Part shown: positions 12,033 through 26,300 of the stretch, piece by piece
How the letters are laid out: every line of letters begins with the position of its first letter
Position numbering within the stretch: the stretch's first letter is position 1
Assembly (NCBI RefSeq): GCF_964355755.1
Contig: NC_092671.1
Coordinates: 18,724,001 to 18,788,000 of the forward strand
Length of the DNA stretch: 64,000 nucleotides
Origin: Antedon mediterranea
Taxonomy: Eukaryota; Animalia; Echinodermata
Reading direction: 5' to 3'
Notes under the pieces: generated by a model
The model's input: only the letters and a program-made list of their open reading frames with translations
What the model was told of the DNA's origin: nothing
Database searches by the model: none
Translations under genes and position numbers: made by a program

Positions 12033-12204
12033 TTCTCCCATTTCAATGACTGATGCTACTATTGCATGGTCAGCTTCTCCCATTTCAATGACTGATGCTA
12101 CTATTGCATGGTCAGCTTCTCCCATTTCAATGACTGATGCTACTATTGCATGGTCAGCTTCTCCCATTTCAATGACTGATGCTACTATTGCATGGTCAGC
12201 TTCT
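12033..12204. repeat. Perfect minisatellite, 4 x 42 bp
   Basis: Unit ttctcccatttcaatgactgatgctactattgcatggtcagc repeated four times without spacers. Confidence 0.95.
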
Positions 12205-14167
12205 AAAAAAATTTTCAGCGCTGTATTTAAATGGCCATGAATATTGTGTGTTTGGCACATTTTTGCATACTGTAGCCTATGTAGCCTTTGGAATTCAATT
12301 CCAGATACTGTATAGTATTAAAGGACCCAAGATTAATTGTAGTTACTCCAGAAAAGTAGGTGTATTATAAATAGAACAGACGTTCTTTCAACTCATAAAC
12401 ATAGTCTCCCTATTCAACTCATACAGCCGTTATTTTTTATTACTGCAGTACTATAGTATACAGTATTACAGTATTAATCCATTTGCTGATGATACTGTAC
12501 ATGGTACTGTGTTACTGTTAGTTTCACGTTCTTCCTCGTCAAAATTTAGAGCCACCTTTTCCAAATAAATGTTTACCAAATTTGTTATTAAAATCCAATA
12601 AATCAAAATTTGAATGTTTTTTTTTTGTATTTTCCAGGAAGTGGACATTGTAAAAACCAAGAGACAGAAGTTCTTTATGTAAGTTTCATATTTACTTTTA
12701 AATAACAATTTAAATTGAATTAAGGAAATGTTGATCAATTAACAGGAGCCATTGAAAATATGTTTTTTTTTTTTTTGTAAATAGAAATTTGGTCTTTCAC
12801 TAAAAATAAACATTAATTACAGTAAACAGTTTTAAAAATTGCAATTGTTCTGGCAGTACACGAAATTTTAAAAGGTGTATAGGTAGGTTGCTAGAAAAAT
12901 ACAAAGATTTTTTCTACTGCAGTGGAGAAATGTTAACTTTATATACTTTGGTTTTTTTTCTGTTCAAAGCAACATTATTATTAATAATTCAAGGGCTTAA
13001 CCTAGACTCTTTTTAAATCCCTTTTTTTAGTTTTTAGTTTAGTCTGCTGCAAAAAATTAACTGATTATGATTCATGAATAAATTAACCTCAATTTATTGG
13101 CATCAAAAACAGCACAAATGAAGATAATGGTTAAAAACACCCAATAATAGATTGGGGATTAGAACACCATTTATTTTAAGTTATTGCTGTGCAACTTTTA
13201 GCTGCAAAGCAAAATAAGGGTTATTTTATTGATAGCTGGCTTTGACCTCATGATCAAATTGCATTTTGGGTATGTAATGTTATAATGACCAACCACTAAC
13301 TTGTTATTTGGGAGCCAACATTTATTTTTCTGTTTATTCGACGCTAAGCAGCACAGACGGGCCCTTAGTGTAGCTGTTCTTCCCACTTTGATGTTCAATC
13401 AGTTGTCTCAAGAAGGGTAATTCTATACCTTACACTTCCTTTGTGGGTTCAACGGGGAACATTAGCACAGGAAGTTTGTATTCCTTGAAACTCTCCTATA
13501 GCCATATGTCTAGATATAGCCATTTTGCCCTTTAAACTCCATTATAATCTAACATGCAATATTGTTATCTCATCACCATCTCTATGAAAAATATATTACT
13601 ATTACTTTACAAGCACAGGCAATTAGTTTTTAATACTGTACATGTGTTTAATTTGAACTAACTAAACATTTTATCTTGTCATTTTCACATGAAATTGTGT
13701 CACCAGGACACAAAATAAATGTTGCCCTCGCGCAACCAATGTCTACAATTTGGTTGCCCCAAACAATTTTGACATGCCCATGTTTTTGTGAACATCAGTT
13801 GCAACATACAAAAACTATCATTTACTCATTTTGGGATTTGAAAGAATTTGTGTACAAAGTTGTTGAGGTTAATGCATTTTAGAGTATGATACAGTGCCGT
13901 CTTATTAAATTATTCTGATTAAAGAAATAGTCCTTTTATTTACATTAATACAAAGTCTTTAAAAATGTTAAATATTCATATTCTATTTTAATGTTGTTTT
14001 GAATAAGTTCAGTATGCAAATTGTATTTTAATATAATACAAATTTGTGTTCTTGTGCGAGATTTAGATTATTTAAATATGCATTAGATATAACTATATTT
14101 TTATCAGGACTGTGTCTTATTGTTCATTGCAGTTTGATAGAGTGGAGAGTGTAACTCATCTTTCAGC

Positions 14168-14309
14168 ATGGCTCTCACACTCAAGATAAACATAGTGCAT
14201 GCCGGGAGTACAAAGACGATGCAGTTTAACCCAGGATCGATTGTGTATGATGTCTTGCGAATGATTCGAGAAAAGAATGCAGAAGCTGGATTAACCGGGG
14301 GACAACAAG
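14168..14309 (+). CDS. TLN: Talin coding exon 1 (F0)
   Basis: MALTLKINIV...KTMQFNPG...GGQQ, phase-1 GT. Confidence 0.9.
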
Positions 14310-17300
14310 GTATTCAGACAGCAATTTTTTTGTGTATAATGTATTTTAATAATACGTTATTCCTAATAGCGCTTAATGTACAGAGCGCTTCACATTATAA
14401 CCCTGGTAATTTGTTGGATCTGGCAAACTCTTGCAATATTTCCATTCTCATCTATTAATAATTAATATAATATTAGTATAATTGTCATAATGGTGCAGGC
14501 CTGATGGACAGTTGATGTGTCATGCTGTTGGGTAAACTCTAGTAATGAAAGTTTACAAAAATGTTGTATAAAATAAAAAGTGTTGACCACATTACATATT
14601 GTTTTTTTGCCATTATGATATTTTTCAATAATAAATTCAAAACAAGTTTGGTAATTGAACTGCATTTTATTATTTTTATTATAATTTTTCTCCCATAGTC
14701 AATGAATATGGTCTATTTCTGGCTGATGATGATCCATTAAAAGGTGTTTGGCTTGAGTCTGGGAAAACGTTAGAGCATTACCTATTGCGGCATGGAGTAA
14801 GTACTTAATCCTGACCCTTGTAGCTTTAAACCACTACAATCATACTGTACATATTTAAATTCTCTTTCCATGCTAATTATAGCTTCAATTACCTGCCAAT
14901 AAATGCTGATTTTTATTGCTTAGTGTATTGTTCTCAGGTAATACAGAAAATTTGTCGGAAACGGAGATAAATAAAATAAAGAAAGACAAAAATACAGACT
15001 ACATAAAATTATGGCTTGGCCTAAAATTATAAAAAAGCCTCCAGTAAAACAAAAGAATTGTGGACGAATCAACAACTCATACCACGAAAAGCTCTGCATT
15101 TTTTTCAACTGTGTAAAAAATGTTCAAATACAGCGTTGTGGTCTGTTTTTATGAAACGTTTCGTTCACTCATGTGATGTTTTTGTGTTTGTAAGACCACA
15201 CACAAATTTAGAATGAAAAAACAGTTTTTTTGGGTGGAAGGCAGTATCATGCCATGTGACCAAAAAATCTAGGTACTTCTATTGGCAGCCCTTTTGTCAT
15301 TGACCTGATTTAAAAAATTAAAATTACCTTCTTAGCTATGTTCTATATTGTAGAAAGACAAAAAAGACATTCAAATATTTGTTTATTCTACAGGACATGT
15401 TAGAATATAGAAAGAAGATTCGACCTCTCAGGGTCAAACTATTGGATGGATCAATTAAAACTGTATTGGTAAGTACTAATTTTTTATTTTTACCATTGTC
15501 TTTTGGCCTAAAAAAAAACAAAGATCAAAGACTCTAATTAAATCCCTCAGTTTAATAATTCTACAGACATTCTATTAACCTTATCAAAATGTAATCTACG
15601 ATGAGAATATAGATTGACAAATGTTTGTAAATATTGTGTGTAAACAATTTTTGATTGAGTTACTTTGAAGTTGATGGTTTGTTTATTTACTTTTACTTAA
15701 TTTACTGTCTTATAATATAATTACTAAGAGAACTATTCATATTGTTGACAAACCACAGTCCAGTATTGCTATGTTATTCTAATTCATTTTAATTTGTTTC
15801 TAGTTGAACATTTTGCAATACACTCAAAACAGTACTCGGTTTGAAGTAGAAAATTGAGTTTTTATCAAACTTTTAGCATTATATTTTTAGATTCGATAAA
15901 AATTAATGTTATACTGTGCACCTACAGACAAAAAATGAAGTGGTTAATGTTATGTAATCGCTAACCTTTCTCCTTTCAATATTAATGTCTAGTATTATCT
16001 ATCTTTAGTCATCTTCATTGCCTCTTCCATCATTCATGACTCCTCCTCACCTTCATAATCTTCATCCAGCAATTCAACTTTAGCAGCATTTCATCATACT
16101 GTCATTTTCTAGCATCTTATAGTCCTCTAATCACCTGTAATAGTTTGTGACAATGTACATGTGGCGTCAATTTCTATGAATTATTTTATATTTGATAATT
16201 ATGCTTCAACGTATCCTGTCTAAATTACTTTAACAGCCTTCGCTCAATTTGTAATTAGCTTCATTGTAGAATTTGTGCTTATAGACAAATCAGTATATCA
16301 TTACAATAAATGAACAGTATTTGTTATTCGGTAGCCTGAGTATAGTGTGTTACTGTTATTGTTAATATACTGTACATGTACTTTCCCCAGTTAGAAAAGA
16401 GTATAGATATAAATTATAATGGAATATGTTTGGTGATTTCACACCAATAACCCATTAGTACAGAGACTTTCTTCAGGTGGATTCATTCTTGTGGTGAATT
16501 GGTTGGTATACCAACATGGCTCATGTGCAGGTTAACCTGCACATGAGCCATGCTGTACACAGAAACACTGCTCTAGCCTCATCCCTTCTTATCTCTATCA
16601 TCTTGTTATACCCTCCTTTCTACAGTATCGCTATATCCAGTCTATCTACCAACACTGCCATCTCCTAAATTTCCTGTCTGCTATGTCCTTACCTCTTCAT
16701 ATAGTATCTGCTACCCGACTCCATACCTACAATACTAAGCATGGAGTTGCTCCATGTCCTACGCTATTTTCCCACTTCCAGTTCATATCCTCCTACCTTA
16801 TTTACTATGAACTACTGTACAATATTCCACAACCTCCCAATTCCTATCCATATTAATCTAATATCTCCTATCCTATCCTATACCTGTACTCCTATGCCTA
16901 TCCATACTTCCTGTCTCCTACCCAATGATACCAACTGTATACTCCCTATCCGCTAATTCCATATTCCTGATTCTAAATTCCTATTCCTAATTCTCAGAAT
17001 TTGAGTAATATAATTGTCAATGACAAGGATGTGTTAAATAAAATTTATCAATAATGTTGTTTTGTATGAATGAAATAAAATCAAATATTACCTACTGTAA
17101 TATCAACCATATTAAATATTCCCACCAATTAGCAATAGAATAAACTTTACAGTATGTGTGCTTATTTTTTATAACATATTATAACTATACTGTATAACAA
17201 GCATGTTTTAATCGTTAAAAGTGTCCAATTGGCGAATTTGTCGACTTCAAACTTGATATTGCATTGTAATGAGTTTGACAATTATGGTGAATGTGCTTTA

Positions 17301-20300
17301 ACTTTGTAGCATCATCTGATGTTATCAATATTAATGACACTATATCTGATCATCTTTCATAAAGCAATAACTTTTAAATCCTAAAAGGTCACGACCTCAC
17401 TTAACAACAATTGATTATCCTCTAATACTGACATGTTCTTGATGGCAACTTAATTTGTTTCCTAGTATAGTATAGTGAACACTTGCTTAAAATGTTATGT
17501 AAAATGTTCATTGAATAGTTGTATCTAGATATAAGTATAGTTTTCAGTGTTCAAAGTCAAATTTGTTAACACTGTATTATAAAGTTTATTCCTGTTTCTT
17601 CATTAATATTCAGTGTTTGTATCATTACTTTGTAACTTGTGCTGTCAACGCACTAAAAATCATAGTGCGTCACATCAAATCTCATAATTTCTAATCCTAG
17701 CTTTAATAACCAGCTCACTAATTCATTTAGGAAATATTACTGTATTGAATACACTGAGCAGCAAGGCTATGCACTTTAGCTATGATATTGTACAGTAGTA
17801 TTAGTATGAGTATTCAGCCCATAGGGAAAATGGAAGAATTTATGTTTATTGCTTATGTTATTGTTAATTAAGTAGAATTACTAATTCTCTATATCAATGG
17901 TTTATTGAGGGGATTTCCCTTTACTGTAAATATACAACCTACTGTAATTTGCACAAAAATAAAAATTGTTCTCACATTTTGGACGAGCTCACAATCATTC
18001 AACTGATTGTGTAAGATACTAGTCTATAGGCCTAATTCTTCTGAGAAAGAGAATATGTATTTTTTAATACTGTATTTTTAAAGAAATTTCAGTATTTTGT
18101 TGCCTGCAGAAACAGGTCTACATAAAAGAATTAAAATACTCCAATTGATTGGTCTCATTTTCCTTTAAAATTAGTTTGCAGAAAACAATTTTGATATGTT
18201 TAACCGAAAACTAGCCCTAAAAAAGTATAAGTGTCATAATGTGTAAATAATATAGTGTACAGTAAATATTAGAAATTATCTTGAAGTTCGTTCTAATTCT
18301 GTTAATTAATCAATCATTAATAAGTTTTTGAAATGGCTGTCTATTTGAATTTAGCAGTACTTCAGAGATTTGACCAAGGAAATTTGAACATTACACATTT
18401 AGGGGTTGTGTCGTAACCTTGGAGATAAATTAATGGATTTTTTTTTTAGATTTGAAAACCGTGCAAAATCTAAAAATTATCTAAAGCAGTTTTTTTGAAT
18501 GTGAGTATCTGCTTAACAGGTGCTTAACAATTTTGTACTTGGAACAAATGTTTATTAAATTTAGAAATTTACTCAACATGATGCTACAAGTTCATTCTAT
18601 GCATCAACATGACTTCTATATTGCCATGGTTACTTTATTATAACCTTTGAACCTATAAGAATATGTTGTATTCGATTTCATCACCAAGATGTGAAGTTAA
18701 CCTACAATCATGATTAATATCATAGTTGTTATTAATGTGATGATACCCCATAGAGTAGAAGATATTTATGTAGTAATCGCAGTGATTGTCTCCTCCAGGC
18801 AAAGAACTCTAAAGGATTATCTGCGTCTTAGAATATGCTTTTGCATAAAATCTTAATTCTGAGAAATCATGGTCATTATTCTTGACCTTCAAATTTTTAA
18901 TTTAAAAAAAATTACTAATCACACGATTATTTTTAACATCAAAGAATTAAACAATACAAACTTAATTATACTACATGGTAATTTACATCACATTTTATAG
19001 ATAAAATATTAAAAATTCACTAAAAAAAAAAACCAACCAACAAATTAGTATTCCTTTTTTGACAAATAATAATAAATGTGCTTTAGTTTAAAAACTATAT
19101 TAATATTTTAATTTATGAACTTGAGAAGATAGATTGTTTGTTGTTTAATTAAAGTATATTGTTCTTATCATTATCAACTACTGGGTTAATTATGCCCATT
19201 GATATCAATGTTTATACCAATTCAGTGACATCGTCAATGACATACCTGCTGGCTTGTTATTAAACAGTGTGATGTGCATACATTAGTAGTACTAGGCCTG
19301 TAGGGCTTTAGGTTCAGTCAAGTTTAAACTCAGAGTTCAGTTTTAATTTTGATGAATTAAACTTTACTGTTTTTTCAAATAGACCCATTTAATAAACCCA
19401 TTATTAATATTAGTTAATAATTAATAAACCCAATTGTTTATTTTAATGTTTTGCTTTTGTTTATTAGTTTATTTTTTAAAATTATATACAGTATTGTTAA
19501 ATTATAGATTAAAATTGTTTTTATTTAGAGTGATAACAATTTTGTATTTATTGTTTGATAATTCAGGTACAAATGATTACTGTATGAACAAATATAATCC
19601 TATGGTATAATCCAGGATAAATTTAGATACATATACTGGGCTTCAATAATTAAGTTCTATTGTCAATGCAATACAAGTATAATCCCCACTCTATAATTCT
19701 CCTTAAATGTTTTATCCACTGATTAATACATGTTCATTAATCTAACGTTTTATTTTCTGTTATTATTATTTTTGCAATCATGTTACAAGAATTTCATGGT
19801 TAGGCATTGCTATAATATACTGCATTTCCCTCTTGACAGATTGATGACAGTAACACAGTGAGTCAGATGTTGATCACAATTAGTACCAAATTAGGTAAGT
19901 TAGCAAACGGTAATAAAGGTACACTGGTATTTACTCTAAGGCTTTATTAAATAAATAGAAAACTACCTTTGCTAATCTGGAGAGGTTTAGGTTCAATCAC
20001 CTACAGGTTATTTTGCTTTGTTACATATTATGTTTGTTTCAGATTCATTTAGATTTGTATCAGCTGTTTAGTATAAATCTATTAATCAATTATTAATATT
20101 ATTAGTTTCAATGTATCGTCAACATTTAAATCTTAAAATACATTCTGACATGCATAGTTTTTGTAAAACCATCTCGAGTGGAGTTGTGGCCTGGTGGTTA
20201 TGATGCTTGGCTACCACTCCAAGGGTCCTGGGTTCAAGTCACGGCACATGTCAGGATTTTTTCTAAGGACAAAATTACATCTCCCCTCACAAAGACTTGG

Positions 20301-23300
20301 AATAAGACTTTATTTAGAGTATCTTGTGTATATGTTTGTTTTGTAAAACTCTGAGGGTCCCTAATGATCAGCCATTGCTGGATGGATTATCCTTATTATA
20401 TATGGTGTTAAAAAAACAAAATTCTCTACATCTGAATTTTAAAAGCAAAAGTTTACATCCTATTAGGACCACTTTATGAGGGCTCTGTTAAAGCCTGTTT
20501 CAAATCGTGCCATGTACACTTCTTGTTGGCACCAACCATTGAGGTAGTACATGCTTCTAATCTCTTTAGGCAATGAAACATGAAGGGACAAACATACAAA
20601 CAAAATGTATAGATGTTTTGTAATAAATACTATATTTTTATTACTATTGTTTTTTTAATTTAAAGGAATCACAAATTATGATGAATATTCATTATGTCGT
20701 GACCCAGTTGAAGAGGAAGTTAAGAAAGAGGCCACCCTGAACAGATCAACACTTAAAAAGGTTAGTTGCAAATAGTACAGAAATTGTCAAGTCAAGATGC
20801 TGAGCCATTAAAACAGAGGCACTGCAAACCATAATCGTAATATCAACACAGGTTTAGTTTTTCGGCAATGTTGTGGTGGTTGAACAAATCTTCTCAGATA
20901 AGGACTTAAAACTGATGGTCTTTTTAATCCAACTTGTGTGCACTTAAAAGAATCAAGTGCATCTTTCAGAAAGATAGGGTATTCAGGTATTTCATCCCCT
21001 GTTGTTAATCACTGAATTGGGTTAACGACTTACAAAAAACACAAGTGTGACCCTATTGCCATATAAGAGGACTTAACTTAAAATAACTAAAACCTAATGT
21101 CGCACTTATTAACAATGGGCCACATTCAGAAAATCTTCTGTTTTCAAACTTTTTGCTTTATTTGCCTACTGAACAACAAATATGATGTTATTAAATGAGC
21201 AGTTACATTGATCAGTTTATTATTGTTAAATTGATTGTGGATGAATATGAATGTTTTCAGGTTATTTCTGAATTATTTTGGAATGTTGTTATTATTTTTG
21301 ATCAGTTATTAGATTTTTATTTTCATTCATAGGAAAAAGCATCTGCATTGCAACAAAGAGATGAAAAGAGGATGCAAGAACTGAGAAAGAAACATCACAC
21401 TGATGATGAACGTAAGTATGACAAAAGTGTATAAAAAATTCTGAACCATAATACATAATGATAGTAATTATGTAGTGGTAATTTTTTATGTGGACTAATA
21501 TCAGTCTATAATAAATGCTTTTAGAACTGAGTCTATGCCATGGTTATCAAAATGCCAACTAATGGAAACGATTATTGAACCCATTATTTAAATTTTGATA
21601 GCCTAGATACATATTTATGCATACATTATTATAATAGTAATTATCAGAACTAAACTAATACTGTAAAACAAATTGATTCTTTCATTTCTTATGAAATAAA
21701 AACTGAAGCGATGTCTGGCTGATTTGTGTGTGTGCTTAGACAGATGATTAAAACCTTGTCTGAATAAACAATATGTCTCCATCAAAACTAAACTCTTTGT
21801 CTGGCATTGAAGGTGATAATTAGATTTCATAATTACCCAGCCTTTCTCTAATTGTTTTGAACTTTGAACTTTTGATTTTCTGTTGTAGCTAAAAAGTTCT
21901 TTTTATCTGACAATAGGGAATTTTATAACTGATTAAATCAAAAACATGATTTTAGAGTTGTCAGTTGATAGTGTTCAGCTTTACAATTTAGTTTAAATTG
22001 TATTTTTTTTAATGTATATCTGTGTTGTGTAGATATTTCCAAAATGTTTACTATAAGTATAATGCTTTTTACCAAAATAAAATAGAACCACTCCTTTCAA
22101 GTACAATAGAACCACTCCTTTGGGAAACTTCTATTCAGGAGATGCCCTATTAGTATTATATTAATGAAATGTTTTAACACTAATGGCCAAGTGCTATTCA
22201 GGGAACATCCTAATTAAAGAGACTTTGCTTGGTACTCTATGTGTCCCCTTAAATAATGGTTATACTGTATAAAACAAGAAATATTGCTTTATTTCAGTGG
22301 AGTGGCTAGATCACACACGCACATTACGTGAACAAGGTGTACCCGACACGGAGCATCTCATCTTCCGAAGAAAATATTTCTTTTCCGATCAAAATGTTGA
22401 CAGACGTGATCCAGTCCAGCTTAATCTTCTTTATGTCCAGGTAAATTATAAAAAAAACCATGTTTAGCAATCAACCAGCAGTAAAATTGAGTTGTATTGG
22501 CAGCAGAAACAGGATAAAATTGCAGTAACCAGTTAAATGACAACATACGTGATAACCAGAAATGGTGTTTACGTTAGGGATACTAATACAGATACAGCTT
22601 GAAATTGACGGTTAAAAACACCCAATCGATTCAGTTTTAGAAAGCCATTTAACTGGTTATTGCTGTGTTTAACTTTATGCTGCAACGCAAAATATGTTTA
22701 TTTTTATACCAATGACTACAGTCCAGTAACGTTTGAATTGACCGGCAGAGCACATTGTAATGCTAATGATTTTCGTCGACAACCATACAATGATTTACAC
22801 GGTTATTTAGGAGCAATACAATATATTATATTTATTTTGAAATAAACGGTTTATTCTTCACTATGCAGAAGATACAGACCCATTGAAGCAGGAACTGTCG
22901 CAGAATATTAACAGAAATAAAACAACTTACTAATTTTATTTTTGAGAAAGCAATTATTTATTAATAATTAATGGGTAATGAACAATATAACTAATAGATG
23001 TTATAATAATGTTTCATGGGTCAAGTCAGAAATGTTCTTAACGATTCGGCAAGAAATTATACATGGACAGACAAACAAGCAGTGTAACGGGTAAAATATG
23101 AATGTAACAGATTTGATTAATTTTTTCTACCATTATCAAACATACCAAATACTTTACAGTTTTCCTTTTCAGTCTTTTTTCACACATTTATTTTTAATTT
23201 ATTTTTAATATTATTAATAATTTTTATCTTTTAGTCGAGAGATGCTATTTTAAACGGTACACATCCTTGTTCATTAGATGAAGCCATCAAGTTGGCAGGG

Positions 23301-26300
23301 ACTATGTGTCAAATCCAGTATGGTGATCACATGGAGCATAAACATAAACCTGGATTCTTAGAGTAAGCAACTGCTTGATTTTAAATTGTATCATGTAATA
23401 AAGCTCTGCCTACACAATCAAACTAGTTATAAAAAAAATGTGCTTTGCCCAAAGATGGGAGTGGTATGACATCATTGTGTCCATACATTTTTTGCCACTT
23501 TTAAAATATTTGATAGTGTAGACAGCTTTATAATAATAATAATAATATCCTGGAATCATAAAGCATAATAATAATATTGTGAAACCTCTAAGCCCTGTAC
23601 ATATATTATTACCCTGGTAATTTTTGGATCAGACACATACGTAAATATACTCTCATATTGCAGCTAGTAATTATCGCAAAGTTGTGTCTTGACCAATACT
23701 AGGTACCCATTTGTACACATGGATGTACCTAGATTAGAATTGCTTTTTCTATTGAATCTTTCTGTACTTTTATTTATGATGACCAATCACAGAATCTAAA
23801 ATCATTCAAGCCAAGCAATTCAGAATTGTACTCTTACAGTACATTGATCCTCATGTCTTGTCTTTTTCTAGTTTAAAAGATTTTATGCCAAAAGAATATG
23901 TCAAAGTAAAAGGAGTGGAAAAGAAGATCTTTCAGGTATAAACCTTATCATTTGAGTACATTTTACATTTATCAGCAACTGAAATGGCCTAAAGACTGAT
24001 TTTGTTAATCTTTATTTTTGTGGGAAATACATCTTTAATGTTCTCATTCAATAATATAATATATTGCTTTTGTAGGAGCACCGTGAATTACATGGAGTTA
24101 GTGAGTTAGACACAAAAGTGAGATACACTCAGCTCTGTCGCTCTTTGAAGACATATGGTATCACTTTTTTTCTTGTCAAGGTAAATATTCAAGATTGTGT
24201 TAGAATAAGGAGGATTATTAATAAAATAAAAATATATACATTTGATTCCTAAATCTAACCATTTTCTCATTCCTTCCTAGAATACATTCACTAGACTTAA
24301 ATAATGTCATTTCTATCTCTCGAAATTGGGGGGGCACAAACTTTTTGAAAATGTTCTATTATAGAATAATACAATACTTGCTGTAATACCATATATTCAT
24401 CTTCAGATAAAGACGTTTGAGTATGGCATAAATATAATACTGTTGTACATATAGTGCATGTTATAAAACTTGGTACACTATTCGAAAACAGTAGGGATCG
24501 TTTCCCGGTGTGCTGATCTGTTAGGCGCTGCACTGCTGTCAGCCGTAGGTCTATGGAGGGCCTAATCTGAATTTCATCAGTTTCCAGTAAAGATTGAGGA
24601 CCAGAATACCTTTACCTTTATTATTCATCTTCAGATAAATGATTATGTTTAGAGGCATTTGAGTATGGCACAGATACAGCAAAACAATGAATCTAATTAA
24701 GTTTATTGTCTTGTTTATTTAAAGCCCCCTTCCCTACGTTTTTTAGATCTAATTTAAGATCACAAACTATATTTAATGTAAAAATAATACTATAAGGTCC
24801 TATTGCGATAACTTTTTTCGTCTTTAAACGGTTAAGAATGTGAAAAATAAGTCGATTCTAATAATTATAGCGGCCCGCTATAAATCCCAAAATGCATTGC
24901 GCTCGGATTGATATTTTTGTTTTTCACCTGTAATTCGCCCACTTTTCGATCGATCGTGAGGCCAAAACAAATGGAAGACTCCTAACTTTTCAGCGAAAAT
25001 ACCGGGTTTTCCCCAATTTGTATCAACGGAGTCTGGCAAAAATAGAAAGACAATTAATGCAGCAACTATACAACGTCAGGCTAGGTATATAGCTAGCGCA
25101 CGATGTTCGTACGTTACCGATGTTTACCAGCTAGGCCTACAAAACTAAGCCTTAGCTAGCTAGGCTAGGCCTAAGACCGTCCAACGAGAAGTCGATCGCC
25201 GCGAGCTACTAGGTAGTGCATTGTTTCTCACTTTTTATCATAATTTACCATAAAACGTACATTTAAGACAAGGAATGACATGGTTTAATGTTTTTAAAGT
25301 GATATATATGTATTATTTTCCAAAAAACGTCCAAAATTGCAGGGAAGGGGTCTTTAAAGTGTTGAATTGTAAACAATGGAAACAAAGGGCAATTCTTAGT
25401 TATCAATAACCTATAATACACATTTAGCTTGTGGCTATTCCAAGTATCATACACATTTCCTATATTTGTGAAACACAGCTGGTTTACTCACACTACAGTA
25501 TCACCTAACACGTTTTGTAACACAATGTGAAATGTTTCTATTTTAAAATTAAAATGTATCTAGAAACATAAAAACCAAGGATATATACACATATACTTGT
25601 ACTTTTCACCTGATTGATGAGTGTTTCTAGCCCTGCTAGCATACAAACAATTTTTCATGAAATATTGTACTATGAAATAACTAAGTTTTATTTTTATTTT
25701 GTATTATATCCAGCTCTAACAATGGTATCGAGGACTTTAACCATCTGATCTACAGTAGTAATCATATATATAATTTTTTTTTTAAACATGAAAATCTAAA
25801 CTTTAAAAACTTTATTTAGGAAAAAATGAGAGGCAAAAACAAACTTGTTCCACGTCTGATGGGTATAACAAAAGAAAGTGTTGTTAGAGTGGATGAACGA
25901 ACCAAAGAGGTAAAGTATTCATTTGTGTTCCTTTTCACTGTCTCAAATAACTCTTACTGAACCACTTAATAAGTAAATTAAATTTTCTGTAAAAAATTGA
26001 CTGGCCAGAACAAGCCAGTTACTATGTTTTACATGCAAGCCATTATGTCATAAAGAGAATTGGCCAGTGCACCTTTATATTACTAGTGTTTGACAATGAC
26101 CATTGTATACATTTACATAAAACTTATGAATCTTAACAAAGTAGGACGTGTTTGATGTTTTGGCAATTTCAGTTGGAAGAGGTAACATGAAATAGATTGT
26201 CCAGCACTCCCATGTTACAATGGTATAGTCCATTGTTGGGTGGCTTTTTTCCAATTTCCAACTGAGCAGGGCTGAAGCTTGGTGATTATGTCCAGATCCA

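Noticed and set aside
12033-12204. CRISPR array or repeat protein (ORFs 12021-12260, 12046-12240)
   Set aside because: Units are contiguous with no unique spacers, no cas genes, eukaryotic intron context; ORFs arise because the unit length is a multiple of 3
20176-20250. tRNA gene
   Set aside because: A and B boxes present but no clean acceptor stem; continues into a SINE body and tail (same for the heads at 45100-45175 and 62404-62470)
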